Positions 1 to 11,574 of a stretch of 64,000 bases of DNA are shown one piece after another. The translations under genes and the position numbers were made by a program. This DNA is from Squalus acanthias (lineage: Eukaryota), in assembly GCA_030390025.1 (NCBI GenBank), contig CM059431.1:135038001-135102000 (forward strand), in the 5' to 3' direction. How positions within the stretch are numbered: the stretch's first letter is position 1; every line of letters starts with the position of its first letter. The notes under the pieces are model-generated. The model was not told where the DNA came from and did no database searches. It saw only the letters and a list, made by a program, of their open reading frames with translations.

Positions 1-521
1 CTTAGTCTCTGAGTCAATTTCTTCGCTCTCCATTTCGAGTGAGAAATCGATCATGTTATGATCGCTCTGACCCAAGGGTCCCCGTACAACAAGATTACTA
101 ATTAGTCCCTTCTCATTGCACAGTACCCAGTCCAATATAGCCTGTTCCCGAGTTGGTTCCTCGACATATTGATCCAGATAACCATCCCTTAAACACTCGA
201 GGAATTCCTCCTCCTCATTATTTTTACTGATTAGGCTAGTCCAATCTATATGTAAGTTAAAGTCACCTATGATGACAGCTGTGCTCTTATTGCACGCTTC
301 TCTAATTTCCCTCGTGATGCCCTCCCCAACCTCTATTTTACTATTTGGAGGCCTATATACCACTCCTATTAATGTTTTTCGCCCCTCGCTATTTCTTAGC
401 TCCACCCATATAGATTCTGTATTAACTGAGTTAATATCCTTCCTTTCAATTGCATTTATCCCCTCTTTTACCAGCAATGCTACCCCTCCTCCCTTTCTTT
501 TTTGTCGATCCTTCCTAAATT
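1..521 (-). mobile_element. CR1 LINE fragment (ORF2 apurinic endonuclease region)
   Basis: Minus strand translates RKDRQKRKGGGVALLVKE...EFLECLRDGYLDQYVEEPTREQAILDWVLCN...SDHNMIDF, the CR1 endonuclease motifs. Runs off the window start. Confidence 0.9.
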
Positions 522-524
522 CTT

Positions 525-1083
525 AGACGCCATCTCCATAGATAGGGCAATTTTGCATGCTGTGTCAAATGTTAGGTTCGGAGTGTTCAGTAATTTGGAC
601 TGTGTGCGCTCATCCACCAGTCCACACACAAACTTATCTCACAACACACGATCCAAAAATGTGCCGAAGTTACAATGCAAAGACAGGTTCTTAAGAGCTA
701 CAATGGACTCACTGATGGTTTCACTTTGTTTTTGGTTTCTGGTACCAAACTTATAGCTCTCTGCTATTTCTAACGGCTTTGGGTCGAAATGGTCCTCGAG
801 TTTCTCGACAATGTCTTCAAATGACATATCCTTCGCTTTCGCTGGCGCGAGTAGGTTTGTCAACGTTCCACAGACATCTGGCCCGATCTCTGTTAGAAAA
901 ATTGCTTTCTTCCGTTCACGAATTACTTTATTTTGAGCTTGAACATTCTCATCTGCACCTTCTGTCTCAATAACGTTATTGGCCCTAAAAAAACATCTCT
1001 ATCTGCTCAATGTAAGAACTGAATGGTTCGTGAGCTCAGTCATAAATGCCAAGGCTTCTGATGAATCCCATAGGCATGGCCAT
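525..1083 (-). pseudogene. Gypsy gag pseudogene
   Basis: MAMPMGFIRSLGIYD*...YIEQIEMFFRANNV...LLAPAKAKDMSFEDIVEKLEDHFDPKPLEIAESYKFGTRNQKQSETI...LHCNFGTFLDRVL*DKFVCGL. Retrotransposon gag pattern with two in-frame stops, cut off by the CR1. Confidence 0.8.
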
Positions 1084-1458
1084 GATTGTCCCGATCCTGT
1101 CGAACAGTGAGTCAGCACCCTACCTGCGTACCTTTGCGAATCAATGCCACTGTTGCTGTGTATACATACACATGAAAGCGAAGCAGACAATTCTGCATTA
1201 GCATTAACGGTAAAACATCGCAAAAACTCAGTTTAGGTGTCACAAATTCACCTTAAACTTGTCCACTCGAAGGTTGACACTGTGTCCTTCGATGATCCCT
1301 AAAAATGGCTTTGGGATTCCATCCTCCTCCCCAAAATGTAATATATGTGGGTAGAACAAATGAAGGACAGAGACACGATGAGTTGCTAGTCCATGTACTT
1401 GCATTAGGCCAGAGTGAACTGAGCATGCTCTTACCAAACCATGTGACAATACATTTCA
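525..1458 (-). mobile_element. Ty3/Gypsy (Mag-like) LTR retrotransposon 5' remnant: short LTR, PBS and gag
   Basis: Gag-like frame (next feature). Primer-binding site 1316-1333 reads TGGGGAGGAGGATGGAAT on the minus strand, about 15/18 to a tRNA-Ser 3' end as recalled. It lies 3 nt from an LTR end at 1337. The other LTR end near 1458 is an imperfect inverted match and is tentative. Confidence 0.7.
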
Positions 1459-1769
1459 ACTGTAGATTCACTTTTCCTGATTTGAGTTGAATCTAATTAC
1501 AAACTTACAAAAATCGGAGGTACAAGCATTTACATACTTCTAACTTTATAATGATTGTTTGTTTACGATTGTATGTTACTTTGCAAGGTCTATGGATTGT
1601 CTGACAGACAACACATTTGCAATTAATCCGTTACGTTTTGCAATATATTCTGTTCATTCTTTAAGTACATAAATACCTTTTGATGCCAACCACGACTGCG
1701 TGCCAGCTGCATTCCATTCATTGTCCATGCGCCAGGCGCCCGGCCGCAAGGTGCTTGCCATCTCCTCCG

Positions 1770-1901
1770 ATTGGCTGTAATAGCACCAGCCCTGCGACTG
1801 TGATTGGTTGACGTCTTCAACATTCTTCCTGAATTGACATGGTTCTCGGATTCCGATTGGTTAGAGATGGAATTAGGAGCTCAGTCTTTGAAGACAATTG
1901 G
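1770..1901 (+). promoter_or_regulatory. Candidate HS6ST promoter: four inverted CCAAT (ATTGG) boxes and a CRE-like TGACGTC
   Basis: ATTGG at 1770, 1803, 1856 and 1897; TGACGTC at 1809; CpG-rich context about 450-570 nt upstream of the ATG. Confidence 0.55.
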
Positions 1902-2338
1902 CTGCGTTTGGTGCCTCGCTCCTTGAAAGTTGACGCTGATTCGCTGGCGCGCTGAAGCTACAAACCTTCCTCTTTGTCGCTCCATCTGGTAAATGTTGAG
2001 TATTTCTCCTGGCCGGGCTGATGCTGTTGCTGCAAGAAGGGGTGGTCCAGTAACGATTACTGTCTTTATTATTTACGAGCATTTCAGTAATTGCTGCCAC
2101 TGTTACATTGCTGCAAATTGAAACCGGAAGATTTTTTATTATTATAATATGGACTAATTTACTTCACCAGGTGCCGAGCTACCGAGGAATGTCATCGCAG
2201 CAACATCACCTGAATGCGAAGATGCTGGAAAGCAGGGGAGACGCAAACAGCCGCCAACAAATATTTTCTTCTGTGAAAAATTCCGTTGGTATGAGTACTG
2301 ATGTTAATGTATGACTAAAGAACACGCTTCCTGGGAAC

Positions 2339-2874
2339 ATGGATGATAAATCCAATAAGCTGCTCCTGGCCCTTGCTTTAGCTGTCCTGTTTGTTATGAT
2401 CATCTCTCAGTATATTTGCCCAGGTATCAGCTCTTGCCAAATTCGAGGAAGAGAAGCGCAGAAGCTGAAGGGGGACAACCCGCTTGGTTTAATGCTGTCA
2501 CAGCTGGATTATTACAAGGTTGAAGATGACAACCCAGCCAAGTTTGTGGCCAAAATCAACTTCACTGAGGGAGACCTAAAAAGGTTCGTGGATTTTAATA
2601 TCAAGGGGGAAGACGTGATCGTGTTCCTGCACATCCAGAAAACAGGAGGCACCACTTTCGGAAGGCATTTGGTGAGAAATATCCAGTTAGAGCAGCCTTG
2701 TGATTGTAAACCGGGCCAGAAGAAATGCACCTGCCACCGACCGGGGAAGAAAGAGACCTGGCTTTTCTCCAGGTTTTCTACAGGCTGGAGCTGCGGTTTG
2801 CATGCAGACTGGACCGAGCTGGTAAACTGTGTGCCAACAGTCATGGACAAGAAAGAGACGCAAAAGACTCACAG
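2339..2874 (+). CDS. HS6ST2/HS6ST3: Heparan-sulfate 6-O-sulfotransferase, first coding exon (HS6ST2/HS6ST3 type)
   Basis: MDDKSNKLLLAL plus a type II TM segment; 5'-PAPS-binding motif FLHIQKTGGTTFGRHLV; CTCHRPGKKETWLFSRFSTGWSCGLHADWTEL. Strong Kozak (aacATGg) with an in-frame TGA upstream at 2312. Ends at the donor AG|GTGAGT (phase 2), where vertebrate HS6ST exons split. Paralog not resolved. Confidence 0.95.
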
Positions 2875-4384
2875 GTGAGTGAAAAACAAAGATAAATATA
2901 TTAAAAACTCAGGTGACAGGTTTCATTGACCCGTTGTCATATTAACAGCAAATTTGTATGTGCCAAAGGTCAACTTTTAAAGATATAAATCTTTATTTTT
3001 TAAATATTGAATTGCGTTCCATTACATAATTCAACTTTCTTAATTCAACGGGGACTCTTAAAAATACTCTCATACATACACATTCCCAGGAGACTGACCA
3101 TTTCCTCTTGTCTGTAAAGGGAGGGAGGTTCCAGGTGTTGACCTCATCCCCAGTAATGTGATTTCAAAATAAACTGAACATTCCTCCCGCATCAATTATC
3201 TCCAGCCATTAAATTTGAATTTTGAAGAGAGCTATGCTTCTTTATTTAGATTTACATATTTCAAAGTTTCATTCAAAGACCTTTACAATAGATCGAGTAT
3301 TGCATTGGAAAGCGAGATTTCATTAGGCGAACATAAACTGCAGCCAGGCCGAGAAAAAGGGAATATAACACGGAAGTATCGGCTTTTAGGGAAGGAAAAC
3401 AACACAACTTTAAAAAGATAATACCATGAACATTGAATGTATCTAAATTCAAGTTGCAGTGTCCAAGCAGCAGTTAAATCCTGATACCTCCAGTGACAAG
3501 TCCGCTCCTCCGCCCATCTTTTTTATTACGAAGTTCAGATTCAAATAGAAAACGAAACTCCGATTGAAGAACAGACTCGGTAAACCAATATGACTTTGCT
3601 CTCGCTTCCAACTTCTAGCAAACTTAGAAGTCAGGAACTTCACAGAGTCAGTTTGCCGGTATCCAATTTGCCGCTACGTGTATGAACCTTGTGGTGGTGC
3701 CAGTCTACGTGGAACGAATTAGAAACTGAAGAGTTTATACTCCCAACAAAAGCGCCATGCTTTTGTAAGTTCTGCCCTTGATTTTGTTTGCTTTGGGGCG
3801 CAATATCAGTTTCAGAACTGAAGAGATTTTTGTAATGCAAACCTCAAAAGCTCTGAAAAGTCACCGTCGATATCATTGGCCCTCGGATTGGGAGTGTTGG
3901 CTACACTGGAGAACTAAGGACTATCTCAGTATATCGCGGCTCCCCTTACATAGAGTCTACAGTGTTCAGTTCACAGCTTTTGATTCCATTACATGGAAGA
4001 CTTTGTCCATACGATATGGCATGGGTAGCATATGAAAGGATTCCATCAACGTTAGTTTCTGGACAGTTTAACAGCGTTCTGTAAATCGTATCAAAGCGTT
4101 CTACTAATTGGTTACACTATGAGAATAATGCAGTATCCGCGAGTATTTCAGCACTGGGAGCTTCTCACGTCATGGGGAACTCTAGCCCTCATTTCTTGGC
4201 ATGATGTAACAAGAGGTGTCGATACTTAGTGTCGATTTGTCCGAATAACTGCACCATGTTTGGTCGCTCCGAACAACAATGAAGCAAACGAATCCAATAA
4301 TACAGGAGAAGCTCAAATCGGGAGTCCCACAACGTATTTATTTGTATTTTTTAAAGCCATGAACAGATTCTGTTTAGCTCACAG

Positions 4385-4482
4385 CTAGGTGGCTCACCAC
4401 TACCTTCTCGAGGGCAATCGGGGATGGGCAATAAATGCTGGCCTTGCCAGCGACACCCACATCCCAGGAACGAATAAAAAAA
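4385..4482 (+). mobile_element. LINE 3'-end remnant (GGCAATAAATGCTGGCCTTGCCAGCGAC...GAATAAAAAAA)
   Basis: Recognisable shark LINE tail ending in an A-run. A second partial copy sits at about 9716-9771. Confidence 0.65.
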
Positions 4483-5325
4483 GGTCCCATTAAAACAATC
4501 CCGTTTCATCAACTACCCCTGGTGCAGGACAAAAAAAAGACGGAAAGGTCTAAGATATATCTCAATCACTCGCGCCTCTTAAATGAGACTGCTCATTTCC
4601 TACACACAGTAAATGTAAGTATCTGGATTCAAGTGCGCACTAGTCTCTAAACTGCGTTCTACATTTAAGGGTAGTATCATATTCAGGAAAAACACGAGTG
4701 TAATACACAAGAGTCAGCCTGTGGACATTCAGTTTGTCGATACGTGTATAAACCTTGCCTCATTTTCATAATAGTTCGAATTCTCATGTTTAAAATTGTT
4801 CAGAAGCACAATTATTAGGAACACTATGGTGGGACCCACGATTGACCAACTGCCTTGTGTAGTTTTCATCTCGCAAATACCATTAATACAGCTTAAATGT
4901 AGCTAATCACCTTTAAAGTGCCGTTTTGGAGCCGTTCTATGCGAAATATCACAGAAAAGTTTGCCTGTGAAAGTTGCATCTTTGAAATTTGTCAAAAAAC
5001 GCAATAGTAAAATTTGCAGAGTTCCCTGTTCAGTGACTCAATTTCTCTTGTTTTATTAAAAGAATTTCGAACCTTCAAGCCTTACGTAATTACTCCTTTA
5101 AAACCAGCAATCAAGTGTATTGTGTTTTGTAAGATTAATTATTAAATGTTTTTTTAGTTATTTCATATGAAAGTTTTTCGAAGCAAGAATTGCATAATAC
5201 TGATTTAGAATTGTACATCTAAAGTGTCTGAACATGTTTTGTGTACAATAAATAAGTAATGTAACTATCCATCTTTCGGCAATGCTTAATCAATTGATTT
5301 ATTATCACTTTTATCAGCCTCGAAT

Positions 5326-5393
5326 TTATGCTCAAAGTCTCTGGAGTGGGACTTGAACCCACAACCTTCTAGCTCAGAGGTGAAACTGACACC
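5326..5393 (-). mobile_element. DeuSINE 5' (tRNA-derived) fragment
   Basis: Matches the head of the full SINE copies at 6558, 19561 and 21428 (CTCTGGAGTGGGACTTGAACCCACAACCTTCT). Confidence 0.7.
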
Positions 5394-5489
5394 AGTTTAG
5401 AGGGGGAATGGGAAATTGCAGCATTGATCTGGGGTCATAGTCATTATGGCCCTGTGCTTCCGACACATCTGCACAGTTTGCTCCAGACC

Positions 5490-8400
5490 TCGGTCACACC
5501 TCATAGAAAGGTACAGGTTCAGAACGGGGTTGGTGTGACCGATAGTGTGCAGAGTAAGGGGAACCCAGGTGAGAAAGGGAATGAGGATCCACAGAAACTG
5601 ATCCTATGCAACAGGTACAATGTACTTGCTACCTGTGAGGATAAGGATAAAAACTGTTGGAAGGACAGCCAGAATGCGGATCATGGCACCTTGGAGCAGG
5701 AGGCTGTCCAAAGGGATGATGTTGAGGAGGAGAGGAAGCATAACATGGCAGTTGTAGGGGATTCTATAATTAGGGGGACAAATAGCATCCTTTGAAAGCA
5801 AGATCGAGAGTCCCACATGATATATTGCCTACCTGGTGCCAGGGTGAGGGACACCTCGAACCAGCTTGAAAGGATATTGGAGAGGGAGGGGAAGGATCCA
5901 GTCATTGTGGTCCATGTTGGGACCAACAACATAGGGAAGAGTAGGCAAGAGGTCCTGTTTGGGGAGTACCAGGAACAAGGTGCTAAATTAAAGAATAGGT
6001 CCTCAAGGGTTATAATCTCTGGATTATTACCTGAACCATGTGCAAATTGACGTAGGGATAAGCTGATTAGGGAGGTGAACATGTGGCTAAAGGAGTGGTA
6101 TGGGAAAGAGGGGTTCCATTTCATGGGGCACTGGCAGCAGTATTGGGACAGGAAGGAACTGTACCGTTGTGAAGGGCTCCACCTGAATCGGTCTGGGATC
6201 AGGATCCTAGCGGAAAGGATAAATAGGGCAGTCACAAGGACTTTAAACTAGTAAATGGTGGGGAGGGCTCAGGTGGAAACTATAGGGCAAATAATAGTTC
6301 AAAAACAAACGAAAGGGAAGAGAGTAGAGTAACAGTCAGAAATTGTGCTTTAGGCACTACAGGTAAAGGGAAAACTAAAAGATGTAAAGTGATTAAACCA
6401 GGAGAGAGAAATAAGAAACATGCGAGTGAGACATTCGAGCTGAAGGACAACCTAGGGTGTGTGGCCCAAAAAAGCATTTTTTATGCAAACGCATAGAGTA
6501 TCAGAAATAAATTGAATGAACTGCAGGCACGAATTCAAATTGGAGGGTATGACATGGAAAGAAAGACTTGGATTTATATAGCGCCTTTTGCGACCACTGG
6601 ATGTCCCAAAGCGCTTTACAGCTAATTAAGTACTTTTGAAGTGTAGCCACTGTTGTAATGTAGGAAACGCAGCAGCCAATTTGCACACAGCAAGCTCCCA
6701 CAAACAGCAATGTGATAATGACCAGATAATCTGTTTCAGTGATGTTGATTGAGGGATAAATATTGACCAGGGATAACTCCCTTGCTTTTCTTTGAAATAG
6801 TGCCGTGGGATCTTTTACGTCCACCTGAGAAAGCAGGCGGGGCCTCGGTTTAATGTCTCATCTGAAAGACAGCACCTCCAACAGTGCAGCACTCACTCAG
6901 CACTGCAGTCAGCCTAGATTTTTGTGCTCAAGTCTCTGGAATGGGACTTGAACTCACAACATTCTGACTCAGAGGTGGGGGTGCTACCAACTGAGCCATA
7001 ACTGGTAGCCATAACTGAGACATGGCTGCAAGATGGTCAAGACTGGGAACTAAATATACTGGGTTACAAGGTCTGCAGGAAAGATAGGAAAAATGGTAGA
7101 GGGGAGGAGCAGCCTTAGTGATTAATGATGAAATCACTTCAATGATAAGTGAGGATATAACGAGAGGTAAGCAGACAGTGGAGACTTTTTGGGTAGAATT
7201 AAGATATAGGAAAGGATTTAAGACTGTAGTGGGAGTTGTGTAGCAGCTGTGAAGTGTTAGATTGTATAAATGCAGAGATTAGACAAGCCTGTAGCAAAGG
7301 CAGAGTGGTTTTAATGGGGGATTTTAACTTTCATATAGATTGGGACAAGCAGACTAACACCTGTCAGAAAGGTAGTGAATTTCCTGAGTGTGTCCGGGAT
7401 AGTTTTCTACAACAATATGTCCTGGAAGCAACAAGGGGGCAAGCCATATTAGATTTACTAATGAGTAATGAGCCAGATTTAGTTAACAGCCTAACTGTGC
7501 GTGAACATTTATCCAATAGTGAACATAACATGATCGAGTTCAACGTGTTCAACCCTTATTTGAAAGGGAGAAATGCGAAACAGCTACTAAGATTCTAGAT
7601 TTCGGTAAGGCCGACTTCAACAGGATGAGACAGAGACTGTCCACAGTAAACTGGGCAAATTTGTTAATGGGTAAAACGACAGAAGATCAGAGGGAGATGT
7701 TCAAAAAATAATTTAACATGATACAGAACTAGTTTATACCCCTGAGGGGCAAGAGCTTTACTTGCTAAAAAAACAGCCATGGACGACTAAAGAGGAAAGG
7801 GACAGTATAAAACTAAAGGAAAAGGCAGACAAAAATGCAAAAAATAGCACAGATCCTGGCGAATGGGAAAGATACAAAGAACAGCAAAGGGTCACAAAAC
7901 AGATAGTAAGAGCTACAAAAAGGGAGTATGAAAAGAAACTTACAAGGGATATCCAAATCAACACAAAGAACTTTTACAATTATATTAGGAAAAAGAGGTA
8001 GTCAGGAGCAATGTTGGCCCCTTAAAAACTGGTATCAGTGATATTGTCAATGAAAATAAGGAAACGGTGGACATGTTGAATAATTACTTTGCGTCAGTAT
8101 TTACAGTAGAGGAAATCCCAAGGAAACTAATGCTGAATCAGGGACAGGACTCAATAAAATTAACGTAAGTAAAATAATCTTCCAAAGTTCTCTCGATTCA
8201 GGAACCGTTCCTTTAGATTGGAAAATTGCGCGGGTCACTCCGCTATTTAGGAATGGCAAGAGAGGGAAACCAGGCAATTATAGATCAGTTAGCCTAACAT
8301 CTGTTGTCGGTAAATTGCTAGAGTCTATAATTAAGGATAGGGTGACTGAACACCTCGAAAATTTTCACTTGATCAGAGAGAGTCAGCTTGGATTTGTGAA

Positions 8401-9385
8401 AGGTGGGTCATGCCTGACAAACCTGACTGAATTTTTGAGGAGGTGACTAAAGTAGTGGACAGGGGAATGTTATTTATATGGACTTCCAGAAGGCATTTGA
8501 TAAAGTCCCACATAAGAGACTGTTAAGTAAGGTAGAAGCCCATGGAATTGAGGGCAAATTATTGACCTGGTTAGAAAATTGGATGAGCGGCAGGAGACAG
8601 AGAGTAGGGGTAATGGGTAGGTACTCAAATTGGCAGGATGTTACTCGTGGTTTCCTGCAGGGATCTGTGTTGGGCCTCAACTATTCACAGTACTTATTAA
8701 CGACTTAGATGATGGCACAGAAAGTCATATTTGCAAATTTGCCGATGACACAAAGACAGGCGGCAATGTAGGCAGAGTAGATGAAAGCATAAAATTACAA
8801 AGGGATATCGACAGATTAAGTGAATCGGCAAAACTGTGGCAAATGGATTTCAATGTCGGCAAATGTGAGGTCATCCACTTTGGACCTAAAAAGGATAGAA
8901 CAGGGTACTTTCTAAATGGTGAAAAGCTAAAAACAGTGGAGGTCCAAAGAGACTTGGGGGTCCAGGTACATAGATCATTAAAATTCATGAACAGGTACAG
9001 AAAATAATCAAAAAGGCTAGTGGAATGCTGGCCTTTATATCTAGAGGACTAGAATACAAAGGGGTAGAAGTTATGCTACAGCTATACAAAACCCTGGTTA
9101 GACCACACCTGGAGAACTGTGTTCAGTTCTGGGCACCACACCTTAGGAAGGATATATTGGCCTTGGAGGGAGTGCAGCGTAGGTTTACCAGAATGATACT
9201 CGGACTTCAAGGGTTAAGTTACGAGGAGAGATTACACAAATTAGGGTTGTATTCCCTAGAATTTAGAAGGTTAAGGGGTGATCTGATCGAAGTTTTCAAG
9301 ATATTAAAGTGAGCAAATAGGGTCGATAGAGAAACTTTTTCCGCTGGTTGAGGAGTCTAGGACTAGGGGGCATAGTCTAGAATTA
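5490..9385 (+). mobile_element. Near full-length degenerate CR1 LINE (ORF1 SGNH esterase plus ORF2 EN-RT)
   Basis: ORF1 motifs VVGDSIIRG, CLPGARV, VVHVGTNNIG, GLHLN; ORF2 motifs MGDFN, DFQKAFDKVPH, KFADDTK, LVRPHLE. Many stops and frameshifts; interrupted by a SINE. Confidence 0.92.
6558..7002 (-). mobile_element. DeuSINE (SacSINE1-like), inserted in the CR1 endonuclease
   Basis: Reverse complement of the 19561-20034 SINE. It splits the CR1 codons GYDM|VAITETW. Confidence 0.88.
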
Positions 9386-9802
9386 AAATTCAACATTTTG
9401 TACATGTAAATTATTAATTAGAATATTGTAAAATTATAAATTCTGTCTATTGTCCATTTATTTTTTTCTGTAATTTAGTTGCTTTTTTCATTCCCATATA
9501 TTTTTATCTTTATAACATTCTACTATTATATGTGTAAGAGTACAATAACATCATCATCTCATGCATTCAAGTTCACTATGTATTAGTGAAATAAATGTAC
9601 GTTTGTATAGAAGGCTTTAATTATGGCTATTATTAGGAATTAATTCATGGATTGATTTTTGAAAGGAAAAAATGTGAGGGGCGAAGAACAATATATCTTC
9701 ATGACAATAACAAATGAACAATAAATGCCTGCCTTACCAGCGACACCCACATCCCGGGAATGAATTAAAAACACAATTATTCTAAGATTCATTATATTCT
9801 TA

Positions 9803-10540
9803 GGGGGAAAAATTCAGTTGCTTTGTGCCTCCCGTTAGCACCCTAAGTGGCAAAGCAACTAGCGCCCGGGCACAGCGCCACCAACGCCTCCTGCGAAATT
9901 CAGCGTGAGGTTTGCGGCGGCGGTAACTGTTAACGCCCCGCGGCGCTGCGCCGCCGGTGATGACGTCATCACCGTGCGCAGCACCCCACTCATACCCCGG
10001 CCGCGATATTCGGTAGCGCCCCCTGACTTACCGCCGGACGCTATGTCCGACAGGGTCAGGGGGACCTACCTGTGGTCGGGGCGGCGCTATTTAAAGGCGA
10101 GGTGCCGGGCAGCCATTTTTGTTGCTGGCCGCCTGCCAGCACCTGCCTCCGCTGCCCTCCCTGGCCTCCTGAGCACCCCCCCCCCCACCCCACCGCGGAG
10201 TGCTGGCTGCGCTCCATGAGCCCGGCACTTCACTTGAGTGCCGGGCTCTTTTGCCGGCACTCCGATCCCGGTGGCCCAGCTGGGCCCCGGGTTGCGCTGC
10301 GCAAGGCCCCTCCCCTTTAAGAAGGGGAGGAAGGCCTGCAATACCGCGGCACGTAGCGCCATGATATTCACTTGCAGCGCCCCAAGAGGGAGGCGGAGCG
10401 CTTCCAGTAGTGCCCCGCTTCCCTCTTGGGGCGCTACCAGTGAATTTCGGGCGCGGGGGGTGCTAATTTTTTCAGGCCGCTAAAAATAGCGCCCCGGCGA
10501 AGTTAGCGCCCCAAAGGGGGCATGACTCCATTTTTCCCCC
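9803..10540. mobile_element. Non-autonomous PIF/Harbinger MITE
   Basis: Ends GGGGGAAAAAT...ATTTTTCCCCC, flanked by a TTA/TTA 3-bp TSD. GC-rich; sister copy at 55221-55926. Confidence 0.85.
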
Positions 10541-11574
10541 TTATTTCCTAATGTAGTCATAGATTTTTGTATAATTTCCCATCAAAATCTGAATCTCTTG
10601 TGAACTTTACAATAGAAGTTTCAAAGTGTGGTCATTAGACCAAAAGTGGGCTGCAAAATCAACGGATTTCTGTTCATCTCAGGCCATGAATTCTGACCTC
10701 AGTGTCTCGAGAATTCAGCATTTTATATTTTATTTTATATTTATTAACTTACGAGTGTATACTATATAATAATAACAAATGCTTTCTGCCATTATAGCAC
10801 TATTTTTCATTGGGTAACTTAACAATGGCTGGAATTTTCCTGCTGCCATGCATGCAGGATTGGAGGCGGGTCCGAGTGAAAGTGGAAATAAACTAGTGCG
10901 GGTTGACAACCCGCCGTCATCCCACCTCCACGTGCCTTTAACTCGGGCACATTTGCCAGTGAGGCACCGACCCGAACGGCAGAGACGGGCGACCCAATTT
11001 AGATAATTATTAGCTTGTTGTCACACCCTTAAACATCTTTTTAACCAGACCTTTGCAATTTCACTGCATGACCACAGGAATCATGCAGCTTGGGGACCAC
11101 GTCTGTCAAGCTGAGGCGGAAGTTCAGTGGCCATTGATCGAGGTCATTAATGCAGAGCATGGAAAGCACAATAGATACTGCCACCTGAAACCTGCTTACT
11201 TTCCTAAGGGAAATGCTGTTGCTGAGTTCATTTTCAGCACAGATTTAGGTTTCTAGAGGTAGCAAGTGTTTTCAGCGAATTCGGGAACCACTGTCAACTC
11301 TTGCTACAACCTATCACACCATTGACAGATTGCTTCTCTCATCTCTACTTGACCTGCCATCTATTACATCAGCATGGGTGCCACATATACTGTCTCACCT
11401 TGGTCCTCAGAATCGGACCAGGATGAGCCCCTACACCAGCAGCAGCAGGCACACCAGCAGCACTAACAACAACACCACTAACCTTCTCCTCAACGACCTG
11501 ATGCTCCACAGGACAGAGGCAGGGTTGCACCATGCCAGAGGCGATACCCCCAACACAGGGTATACAGGCAGAGG

